DNA of 64,000 nucleotides from Campylobacterales bacterium. GTDB taxonomy: Bacteria; Campylobacterota; Campylobacteria; Campylobacterales; Sulfurimonadaceae. The DNA is taken from NCBI GenBank assembly GCA_026390075.1, contig JAPLGP010000005.1, positions 25,316-89,315 on the forward strand, read 5' to 3'. The notes beneath the pieces are model-generated. The model saw only the letters and a program-made list of their open reading frames with translations. It made no database searches and was not told the DNA's origin. How positions within the stretch are numbered: the first letter of the stretch is position 1; each line of letters starts with the position of its first letter. The position numbers were made by a program, and so were the translations under genes. Shown piece after piece: positions 21,879 to 30,328 of the stretch.

Positions 21879-22820
21879 GTATATCTTTAAATTTTTAACG
21901 AATTCGTTGATATTTTTACTAACAATCAGTTTTGTGTCACTCTCTAAAATGATATACGCTATCGGCATTGACTCTAAAAAAATATAAGTTTTCTCTTTTG
22001 GCATGACGCTCGCAGCCGTCGCATACGCATCCAAGTCACTGCTTGGCATGTGGGAAATGAGTGTAATGGAACTAAAATTTTGCGCAGGCTTTTTTTGTTT
22101 TGGATTTATAAGATGATTATTTTCTGTAGATTCGACATATCTTTGGTAATTTCCGCTCGTACTTACACCTGTCTCTTTATTTAAGGTATCAAAGCTCGCT
22201 AAATAATTCTCGGCATGTGGGTTTTGAACATCTATATGACATGCATCAAGACATCGTATATCCCCACTTGCAGCTATTACGGCTTTAGTGATATTTTTAC
22301 TTTTAAAATACTCTGCTACCTTGTCCACTCCAAAACCTTTGCCCATACCGCCCAAATCTACTTTGATATTTTCATCTAAAGAAGCCTCTCTTTTGTTAAA
22401 AAACAGACCTTTAAAATTCACATGAGCATCTTCAAGTTCTTTGGCATGTGGAACTCTCTGGTTTGCACCAAATCTATACAAATCTTCTGTAATAGAGCCA
22501 ACAGTTATGTCAAAATATCCATCCGTCTGCTCATAATATTTTTTACTTAAAGAGAGGGCTTCATAGGTATATTGGTTTATGTCTGTTTTTTTATTGTGAT
22601 TTAATTTGTATATCTGAGCAGTTATATCGTAGGAAGATAGAGCGAGTTCAACATCTTTCATAATGCTAAAACCCTCTTCAATGGAGTTTTTATTTTTTTC
22701 TTCAAGAGAGAGAGTTATAAAAGTCCCCATCCCCACTTTTGTTCTGCTTAACATCTGCGCATCTAAAAAAGATACACAAATAAAAAGCAAAACTAAAAAT
22801 CTGTTAAAATTTTTTTTCAT
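21876..22820 (-). CDS. apbE: FAD:protein FMN transferase
   Basis: MGT, FDITVG, DLGGMGKG, STSGNY, HLINP, DAYATA. Confidence 0.93.
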   Translation of the reverse strand: MKKNFNRFLVLLFICVSFLDAQMLSRTKVGMGTFITLSLEEKNKNSIEEGFSIMKDVELALSSYDITAQIYKLNHNKKTDINQYTYEALSLSKKYYEQTDGYFDITVGSITEDLYRFGANQRVPHAKELEDAHVNFKGLFFNKREASLDENIKVDLGGMGKGFGVDKVAEYFKSKNITKAVIAASGDIRCLDACHIDVQNPHAENYLASFDTLNKETGVSTSGNYQRYVESTENNHLINPKQKKPAQNFSSITLISHMPSSDLDAYATAASVMPKEKTYIFLESMPIAYIILESDTKLIVSKNINEFVKNLKIY

Positions 22821-22894
22821 TTTTTTCTCGATTTTATTTTTGTTAGATTGTAGCTAATTTCAAGTTTTTATAGGATTTTTCGCCACTCTTATAT

Positions 22895-22931
22895 AATTTC
22901 CACATGCCGTACTCTTTGGCATGTGGAAATT
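22895..22931. terminator. Hairpin of inverted GGCATGTGG motifs at the tonB 3' end
   Basis: AATTTCCACATGCC-gtactcttt-GGCATGTGGAAATT. Confidence 0.65.
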
Positions 22932-23634
22932 ATTTTAAACTAAATGCTATTGGTAAAATAATCGTTGAAACACTTTGAGGTTTTGGTAAAACTTTATCTT
23001 TTAAAGAGAGTACCGATTCAAGTGCTGTAGTGTCCAATAACTCTCGACCTGAGGATTTTACTACAATTGCTTCAAGCAGTTTTCCATCCGTATCTATCAC
23101 TAATCGAACCTCCACAATACCGCTCCATCCCATTCTTCTAGCCGTATTTGGATAAATTAAATTTGCTAAAGCCATATCTCTAATAAGAGAAAAATTTGTT
23201 TGTATAAACTTCTCTTGTTGCTCTACAATCATCTTCTGTTTATCTACTTTTTCTTCTTTTATGGAAGATGGTGTTATAACTTCTTCAATTATTTCTTTTT
23301 CAATTGGTTTTATAGCTTCTTCTACGGGTTTTTGAGCTTTCATCTGCACAACTTGTTCTACATGTTTTTTTGTAGGTAAAACTTTTTCGATTTTTTTTGG
23401 CTCTGGCTTTGGCTCTGATTTAGATTCTATAACTTCTTTTGCTTCTACCATAGGTTGCAATGGAGCTGGTGGTTGATATGCTAAAAGATTTAAAGGGATA
23501 AAAATAGGTTCGTGAGGCACTTTTTTTTGTTCATAAAAATAAAACAAATAAGTGCAAAGAAGTAAAAAATGAACAACAAGAGAAAAAACTAAAGCTTTTG
23601 TTTCATGACCAATCAAAATGTTTAATTCCCTCAT
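22930..23634 (-). CDS. tonB: TonB family energy transducer
   Basis: N-terminal TM, Pro/Lys/Glu linker, YPNTARRMGWSGIVEV, SSGRELLD. Confidence 0.88.
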   Translation of the reverse strand: MRELNILIGHETKALVFSLVVHFLLLCTYLFYFYEQKKVPHEPIFIPLNLLAYQPPAPLQPMVEAKEVIESKSEPKPEPKKIEKVLPTKKHVEQVVQMKAQKPVEEAIKPIEKEIIEEVITPSSIKEEKVDKQKMIVEQQEKFIQTNFSLIRDMALANLIYPNTARRMGWSGIVEVRLVIDTDGKLLEAIVVKSSGRELLDTTALESVLSLKDKVLPKPQSVSTIILPIAFSLK

Positions 23635-23646
23635 TGTAAAATAAAA

Positions 23647-24675
23647 TTAAATAGTTACAACTTCATTCACTTCTAAGCCAAAACCGCTCAAACCTACAAA
23701 GTCGGTCTGTTTTAATGAAGTTATAAGATTCATTTTAGATATTCCAAGAAATTTAAGTATCTGCGCACCAATTCCAAACTCTTTCATTGCTGCATTGTCT
23801 TGGTGATTTGGTTTATTTATAAACACTAAAACTCCGCTATTTTGTTTTAAATATTCTATAGAGTTTATCAAATTGTTGTACTTAGCTTGATTTAAAAGAA
23901 GTTCCCTATCTGAGATTACATTGTGAACTCTCACATTTGCAATTGCACCAGCTTTATAAAATACTATGGCAGTATGTTCAACATTGTCATGGTCTTGAAA
24001 TGTATGTTGATTCACTTTTACACCAAAAAATTCTATCTCCTCAACTTGTGTTTCTTTAACTAATCTCTCATTTGCTAAGCGATACTCAACTATATCAGAT
24101 ATAAAAACTGTTTTAAGACTATGCATATCAGCGAAAATATCTAAATCATCGCGTCTTGCCATAGTTCCATCTTCTTTGATGATTTCACAAATAACTGATG
24201 ACTCACTAAGACCCGCTAAACGACATAAATCCACTGAACCTTCCGTATGTCCAGTTCGAATGAGCGTTCCACCATCTTTTGCTATGAGAGGAAAAATATG
24301 CCCTGGTTTTACAAGCTCCGTTGCATGACTGATAGGATTTGCTAAAATTTTAATAGTTTCATCTCTCTCGTGCGCAGATATACCTGTTAATGCATTTTTG
24401 GCATCAACTGAAACTGTGAAAGCCGTTTCATAAGAAGATGTATTTGAGCTAACCATCGGGTTTAATTCAAGTCTCGTCGCAATTGATTTGCTAAGTGCAA
24501 CACAAATTAAACCTCTGGCATGTGTAGCCATAAAGTTCACATGTGCAGGTGTTGAAAACGCAGAAGCATAAACTAAATCCCCCTCATTTTCTCTGTCTTC
24601 ATCATCTACCATGATGACCATATTTCCTTTTTTAATCTCTGATATAGCTTCTAATACTCTTTGCGTAGGTGTCAT
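23647..24675 (-). CDS. ribB: DHBP synthase fused to a degenerate GTP cyclohydrolase II-like domain
   Basis: VDDEDRENEGD, PGHIFPL, RTGHTEGSVDL; C-terminal FGIGAQIL. Confidence 0.92.
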   Translation of the reverse strand: MTPTQRVLEAISEIKKGNMVIMVDDEDRENEGDLVYASAFSTPAHVNFMATHARGLICVALSKSIATRLELNPMVSSNTSSYETAFTVSVDAKNALTGISAHERDETIKILANPISHATELVKPGHIFPLIAKDGGTLIRTGHTEGSVDLCRLAGLSESSVICEIIKEDGTMARRDDLDIFADMHSLKTVFISDIVEYRLANERLVKETQVEEIEFFGVKVNQHTFQDHDNVEHTAIVFYKAGAIANVRVHNVISDRELLLNQAKYNNLINSIEYLKQNSGVLVFINKPNHQDNAAMKEFGIGAQILKFLGISKMNLITSLKQTDFVGLSGFGLEVNEVVTI

Positions 24676-24766
24676 AAATTCTCTTTTTAATAATTTGGTT
24701 TTGATTATATAAAAATTTTAATTAAAAAGAGTTCAAACCATATTTGTAAATTTTACCATGCATTAC

Positions 24767-24795
24767 TTGACAAAGAGAGATATTTAACCTATAAT
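24767..24795 (+). promoter_or_regulatory. Sigma70 promoter of the tRNA cluster
   Basis: TTGACA-17 bp-TATAAT. Confidence 0.85.
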
Positions 24796-24835
24796 TCCGC
24801 TCCGTTAAAAGAACTAATTAGCTTTTAATATGTAT

Positions 24836-24912
<77 letters not shown>

Positions 24913-24933
24913 ATTTTTTACTCTTCAAAATGT

Positions 24934-25008
24934 TGGGGTGTCGCCAAGCGGTAAGGCACTGGTTTTTGGTACCAGTATTCAGGGGTTCGAATCCCTTCAC
25001 CCCATCCA
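24934..25008 (+). tRNA. tRNA-Gln(TTG)
   Basis: Cloverleaf, CTGGT-TTTTGGT-ACCAG arm, GTTCGAATC, CCA. Confidence 0.95.
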
Positions 25009-25042
25009 CAAAACTCTTCAAACCCCTATTTATAGGACATAA

Positions 25043-25119
25043 CGCGGAATAGAGCAGCACGGTAGCTCGACGGGCTCATAACCCGTAGGTCATAGGTTCA
25101 AATCCTATTTCCGCAACCA
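25043..25119 (+). tRNA. tRNA-Met(CAT), second initiator-type copy
   Basis: Near-identical to 24836-24912. Confidence 0.95.
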
Positions 25120-25177
25120 ATAATTATCACTTTTTCTTATAAAAATCACTTACTTTAAGTTTACGATTAAAATTATC

Positions 25178-25199
25178 TTTCCAACCTATTTCCAACCTA
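25178..25199 (+). repeat. Tandem 11-bp repeat TTTCCAACCTA x2, possible integrase arm site
   Basis: About 60 bp downstream of the tRNA 3' end. Confidence 0.45.
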
Positions 25200-25554
25200 A
25201 ATTTTTTTATGAATATTTATATATTTTGTAAATTGCAAGTTCTATATAATTTTTCAATTACTAGCTGCATATAATATTCTGAAAACTTTCAATTGACTGA
25301 CAGTATCGTCTTTATTCATGATTTTTCGCGGCAAAAGATTCCTCCATCTTCAAATAAAATGCTTCTTTAGTAAAAGGCAGACGCAGCATTGCAAACACTT
25401 TAATCTCCATCAATCGATTTCGATTATATAACCCTCTTTGTTCCATCTGTGCATTTTATGTCAGTAAATTCAAAATTTTGAGATGAATTACTCGAATCTC
25501 TCATGGTATTTTTACTAACAGTTGACCATGAATTACATTATAGTACTCTTATAG

Positions 25555-26097
25555 CTATTCCTCTTTTACAAACTTTAAATACTCTTCATTCTGCGAAGCA
25601 ATGTTAGCACCATCACTCCACCTCTCTGCCTCTTGTGCATCAATACTCTCTTGTACTTTGTTCGTTGCCATTCTTTTTGCATAATACGCATCAATATCAA
25701 ATGCTACTCCTCTGGTTTTACCATCAGGGTTACACTCTGTAATGATTCTGGCACACTCCATATATTCGATGTATTCATCGGCTAGTTCTTTCATACTCTC
25801 ATACTCTACAATAGAAAGAACCACTGCTTCTGGTTGTTCCTCTTTAGTGAGAATCATTCTGTTCACTTCGCTGGAGGTTAATGCACTGACATAGTGTGTT
25901 ATCTCTTTTGCAAAAGCATCTTGTGAGACCATCTCCTCTTGTTTGTATTTTTTAATACTGCTTTGTCTGTATTCCTCTTTCTCTTTCTCTTTTTTTGCAT
26001 TCTTAACTTTTTCATCTTTTTTTAAAAGTATTAATCCAATAAAGAGCACTGCTATCAAAATGCCAATCAGCATAAAGCCTACTGTTGTATTTTCCAT
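25555..26097 (-). CDS. TM-anchored protein with Phd/YefM-like segment
   Basis: MILTKEEQPEAVVLSIVEYE. Confidence 0.6.
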   Translation of the reverse strand: MENTTVGFMLIGILIAVLFIGLILLKKDEKVKNAKKEKEKEEYRQSSIKKYKQEEMVSQDAFAKEITHYVSALTSSEVNRMILTKEEQPEAVVLSIVEYESMKELADEYIEYMECARIITECNPDGKTRGVAFDIDAYYAKRMATNKVQESIDAQEAERWSDGANIASQNEEYLKFVKEE

Positions 26098-26303
26098 TAT
26101 TTACTCACTATTGTTGGCATGTGGGAATGCATGTCAAGTTTCTCTTCGAGTGCCGTGATGCGTTTTTGGAGTGCATCTAGAGTCTCTTCTTTGCAGCTTA
26201 TTCTCTTATAGATAACTTTTTTAGTAGAACCTATAGCCTCACTTATGCTACTTGCTATAAGAATCAAACCTACCATGATGATGAGATAATCTATTGTTTG
26301 CAT
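26097..26303 (-). CDS. Small membrane protein with coiled coil
   Basis: 68 aa, coupled to 25555-26097. Confidence 0.6.
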   Translation of the reverse strand: MQTIDYLIIMVGLILIASSISEAIGSTKKVIYKRISCKEETLDALQKRITALEEKLDMHSHMPTIVSK

Positions 26304-26318
26304 TTTTTATTTCCTTTT

Positions 26319-27008
26319 TTAGCTTTTAAATTTCTTCTCGCGCGCATCCTCAACAACTGTGGATAAAACTTCACATCTCTGCGTAATCTGATAGTTTTTG
26401 TATTCACAGAAGTAGAGAGATTTTATCTCTCTTGTCATACTGCCATCGACGCTGTAGTAACTAAACAATCCTAAGAATGAGCATTTCTTTATCAGCTGCT
26501 CTGGGTGTTTACATAGTAGCTCTTCATAATTTAATCCACTATCATAATGTTTGTTGTAAATAGTTTGCACTCCTTGTATCTGAAGGTTTCCATTTGCATC
26601 GACACTTATAGAGGCATCACGAAAGATGGTGTGTAAATCATCACATCCTGAGTTATAAAATCTCTCTCCTACAGGATTAATGATGATTGCTTTTTCTTCC
26701 TCATCGATTTTTATATCTACACCGCTGTAAAGTTGTTTGAGTGGATGTTGCTGTTTTTCTTTTACTGTGCTGTTTTGTTCTTGAAAAAGCTTTGAGAGTG
26801 CCGGATCGTTTTTGAGAAGAGAAGATGCTTGCATCATTCGCTCATACTCTGCAATAGAGAGCATGACTGAGCTCATTGTATCATTGTGAACAATGGCTAT
26901 CTTTTCTACTTCACCTGTAACTATTTTATTCATGTATGTATCTAGAGATAGAGCTAATTCCTCTACGCTAACCATCTCATTTTGTGAATAAGTAATCATA
27001 AATTTCAA
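26319..27008 (-). CDS. Protein with N-terminal Phd/YefM-like domain
   Basis: TYSQNEMVSVEEL...EKIAIVHND...VMLSIAEYE. Confidence 0.6.
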   Translation of the reverse strand: MKFMITYSQNEMVSVEELALSLDTYMNKIVTGEVEKIAIVHNDTMSSVMLSIAEYERMMQASSLLKNDPALSKLFQEQNSTVKEKQQHPLKQLYSGVDIKIDEEEKAIIINPVGERFYNSGCDDLHTIFRDASISVDANGNLQIQGVQTIYNKHYDSGLNYEELLCKHPEQLIKKCSFLGLFSYYSVDGSMTREIKSLYFCEYKNYQITQRCEVLSTVVEDAREKKFKS

Positions 27009-27132
27009 CTCCTTGATTGATTGTTTGGTTTGTTTTCATACTTGAAAAGGGATAAGGATAAACATAATTATCCCAAATATTACTATCGCTATCTGCGGTG
27101 TGCTCAAATGTTCCATAGCTCTATCCTTTTTT

Positions 27133-27441
27133 TTACTCATCTTCTTTGCAACTATTTATCTCAAAGAGCAAATCCTCTTTTTTGAAATACTCTTTGTAAA
27201 TGACCCAGCCATCTTTTTGAGCCACATGGTAAAACTCTTTGTTTCGCACCAGGTTTGGCGTGCAGATAAACTTAGTGTTGTTTGAAAACGCTTTTTTCTT
27301 GTCATTGTTGTAGAAATTATCAAAAAAATTACCCAGTGCAGAAAGAACTGTTACAAGGATAACTACTATGAGGGTAAGACCTACAGTTATTGCCAACATA
27401 TCTGAAACTTCTGAGTGCTTGTTAATATTGCTTTTTGCCAT
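27133..27441 (-). CDS. Small membrane protein
   Basis: TM plus two-Cys C-terminal domain; resembles 27441-27815. Confidence 0.65.
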   Translation of the reverse strand: MAKSNINKHSEVSDMLAITVGLTLIVVILVTVLSALGNFFDNFYNNDKKKAFSNNTKFICTPNLVRNKEFYHVAQKDGWVIYKEYFKKEDLLFEINSCKEDE

Positions 27442-27815
27442 TACTCTTTCTCCTCTTTTAAAACTTCACAACTACTCAAAGAGATAATTTCACTCTCTTT
27501 GATAAGATAATCATCTCGTTTACTGTACCCGCGTGCCTTAGAGACGATGATTGGTTTGTCTTCTGGATGACACATCAGCTCTTTGCCTTCATTGAAAGAT
27601 TTTCTTCCACTTTGGAGGGTTGTGTTATAGAGTGCAGATGCAAGTATCAGCACAAATACAATAACGCCTACATCTATTTTTAGCCTTGGAAATTCAGGTT
27701 TGTTTTCATGGTCTGCAACAGATAATTGTGACATCATAGATAAAATGCTCACAAACACAAGAAGTAAACTTACTAAGGCTGTCATCACTAGAATGTTGTA
27801 TGGTGTCATCTCCAT
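27441..27815 (-). CDS. Small membrane protein
   Basis: 2 TM plus two-Cys C-terminal domain. Confidence 0.65.
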   Translation of the reverse strand: MEMTPYNILVMTALVSLLLVFVSILSMMSQLSVADHENKPEFPRLKIDVGVIVFVLILASALYNTTLQSGRKSFNEGKELMCHPEDKPIIVSKARGYSKRDDYLIKESEIISLSSCEVLKEEKE

Positions 27816-27940
27816 TAGTGACTCTCCTCTGCTAAAATTGTTACAACTACATTATCTACAACTCTGATTGAAAACGCTTCTACACTATAGGTGCTATTGC
27901 CGAATATTTTTATCTGCTCTTTAGCTTGCGATACTTTCAT
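27815..27940 (-). CDS. 41-aa hypothetical protein
   Basis: GAGGAG RBS; TAATG overlap with the next ORF. Confidence 0.45.
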   Translation of the reverse strand: MKVSQAKEQIKIFGNSTYSVEAFSIRVVDNVVVTILAEESH

Positions 27941-28086
27941 ACTTATTTTTCACTCCTCTTGGTCTTTCAACTATTAGACTACCAAAATAATCAATAAGTA
28001 GTCATTACAAAAGTATAGTCATTATAGTCTTAAGTTTTCTTTAGACTACCATGTTATAATATTGTAAGTCATTCAAGGAGAGTACA

Positions 28087-28839
28087 TTGAATAAGTTCGA
28101 AGAGGAATTACAAAAACTATTTCCAAATACAAAAATTATTAAGCTCAAAGATATAACCACAAAAATAGCAACCATCTCAAAAGTAAGAATAGGTCAGACA
28201 AGAACTTTTAGTGAATATGATGAAATATCTCTTAATGATTTAGATGCATATGGTGTTATAACAGTTCCAGAGAATCCTAAGTATCTCGGTCCTGCGAATT
28301 ATTCGTCCATTGGCTCTCAGCGTTTGCTTGAGGGGGATGTTGTTCTAACCCATAGAGGAAGTGTTTTTAAAGTTGGGGTAGTTGGAAGTGAATATAAGAA
28401 AGTAATTGTCGGCAACAACAGCATGATACGCATACAATTTCCACATGCCAGAAATAAATATACTCCACTGTTTGTGCAAGCCTATCTACAACTCCCATTT
28501 GTTAAAGAGTATCTCAATAAGCAAATCACCTGTGGCTCAAAAGAGAGAAAGATTTTAAGTTCTGCAAATTTAGCAGAACTTCCTATTCCTGAGTTTGAGG
28601 AGAAGAAGCAAACATTTGATTTTTTAGAACTCTATTATGACAGAATCAGTATGACCTTGCAAGCGCAAAAGCTTTTAGATGAAGCAGCTAGGATTATTAA
28701 GACTATGGGAGTATTTAAAGAGTCTGTGATTTTTGATGCGCTCAATAAGAGTGATGAGATGGAAGTTATTTTAGCAAGAGATAAAAGAGTGCTTGTTGCA
28801 ATGGGGAAACTGCGAATGGAGATGGAGGCTTTAGTATGA
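28087..28839 (+). CDS. Orphan restriction-modification specificity (HsdS-like) half-subunit
   Basis: LLEGDVVL..RGS.FKV, LAELPIP; no hsdM or hsdR nearby. Confidence 0.6.
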   Translation: MNKFEEELQKLFPNTKIIKLKDITTKIATISKVRIGQTRTFSEYDEISLNDLDAYGVITVPENPKYLGPANYSSIGSQRLLEGDVVLTHRGSVFKVGVVGSEYKKVIVGNNSMIRIQFPHARNKYTPLFVQAYLQLPFVKEYLNKQITCGSKERKILSSANLAELPIPEFEEKKQTFDFLELYYDRISMTLQAQKLLDEAARIIKTMGVFKESVIFDALNKSDEMEVILARDKRVLVAMGKLRMEMEALV

Positions 28840-29021
28840 TAAATCATAAGGGTTATGATTATTTTGGGGTATATGTAATATTTATTTGTTTAGCTATTCT
28901 TGTAGTGTTTGAGGCATATGGACATCTTTTGGTAACTATTTTACTCTCTGGGTTTTATACGATTGTTGTGCAGAGTAAGAAGTATCCTAGGTTGTGGAAG
29001 TTGTTTGATGATGCGTTTTAA
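28836..29021 (+). CDS. Small 2-TM protein
   Basis: ATGA overlap with the upstream ORF. Confidence 0.5.
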   Translation: MINHKGYDYFGVYVIFICLAILVVFEAYGHLLVTILLSGFYTIVVQSKKYPRLWKLFDDAF

Positions 29022-29119
29022 AAAAGTATAACTATCGGTCACTAAAATTATTTCATAAATTCATTTACATTTTTAAAGTCAATATATGGTAATATGTTCC
29101 CAATTATAAAGGATATGCA

Positions 29120-30313
29120 ATGTCAATATTAGAATCTTTACAAGTCTATTCATCACTTTTTTTATCAAAAACGACACCAACTTACGAGCGAGAGCTTTTA
29201 CATAAAATAAATTTAAAAAATAAAATCATTGGAATTGTCGGTGCGAAGGGTGTTGGTAAAACAACTTTACTTTTGCAGTTTATGAAAAAACAAAACCTCA
29301 CTCCAAATGAGATGATGTATATAAGTGTTGATCATCCTTTAATGAGTTCTACAACTATCTTAGATATCGCCAAAGAGTTCGCAAGTTTTGGAGGAAAACT
29401 TCTTATTTTTGATGAAATTCACTCTCAAGCAGATTTTGCGAATGATTTAAAAACTATATGGGATTTTTTAGAGATAAACATAATTTTTTCAGGCTCATCC
29501 GCACTTCATTTAGATAATGCAGATTTGAGCAGAAGAGCTTTGAAGTATTACTTGCCAACTCTCTCTTTTAGGGAATATATAGAGATTCAAACTAATCAAA
29601 AGTTTGAGAAACAAACACTCGAAGATATTATAACTTCGCATACAACTTTTGCCACAACTGTTTTATCAACTCTCAAACCACTCAAATATTTCAAAGAGTA
29701 TCTTGAATATGGGTTTTATCCATTCTATTTAGAAGACACAGAGACTTCAAAAATCAAACTCTATGAAGCCATCAATAAAACTATCGATATAGATTTACTA
29801 AAAATCTACAACATAGACCCAAAAAAACTTAGAAATATAAAAAAAATATTAACGATGCTTTGCACAACCCTGCCCTATAAACCAAACATGACAACACTCG
29901 CAAGTGCCTGCGAAGTTGATATAAAAACTCTTTATATTTATCTGGGCGCACTATCTAGCGGGAAAATAATAAGAATGGTTTCATCCTATGCAAGAGGTGA
30001 AGAAATTATCAAAAAACCGGAAAAAATTTATCTAGATAATCCAAATATGTTCAATGCACTTTGTCAATCTTCAGATATTGGCACCATAAGAGAGAGTTTT
30101 TTTGCATCACTTTTAGAAAATGCTCTTTATGAAATTCAAGTTTCAAAAAAAGGGGATTTTATAGTCAATGACACCTATACTTTTGAGATAGGTGGCAAAA
30201 GCAAAAAATATAACCAAATTAAAAACTTAGAAAACTCGTTCATTGTGGCGGATAATCTTGAAGTTGGCTTTGGCAACAAGATACCTCTTTGGTTGTTTGG
30301 GTTTTTGTACTAA
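29120..30313 (+). CDS. AAA_14 / DUF4143 ATPase
   Basis: GAKGVGKTT, IFDEIH, FSGSS, KIYLDNPN, RESFF, FEIGGK. Confidence 0.88.
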   Translation: MSILESLQVYSSLFLSKTTPTYERELLHKINLKNKIIGIVGAKGVGKTTLLLQFMKKQNLTPNEMMYISVDHPLMSSTTILDIAKEFASFGGKLLIFDEIHSQADFANDLKTIWDFLEINIIFSGSSALHLDNADLSRRALKYYLPTLSFREYIEIQTNQKFEKQTLEDIITSHTTFATTVLSTLKPLKYFKEYLEYGFYPFYLEDTETSKIKLYEAINKTIDIDLLKIYNIDPKKLRNIKKILTMLCTTLPYKPNMTTLASACEVDIKTLYIYLGALSSGKIIRMVSSYARGEEIIKKPEKIYLDNPNMFNALCQSSDIGTIRESFFASLLENALYEIQVSKKGDFIVNDTYTFEIGGKSKKYNQIKNLENSFIVADNLEVGFGNKIPLWLFGFLY

Positions 30314-30328
30314 ATCAAGTAGTAAGAT

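Noticed and set aside
23647-24675. Degenerate cyclohydrolase domain in RibB fusion as a novelty
   Set aside because: Such fusions are already known
25250-25504. Possible Rpn/PD-(D/E)XK transposase remnant on the minus strand (DIKCTDG..YIIEI)
   Set aside because: Short, frameshifted and with stops; too weak to call without a search
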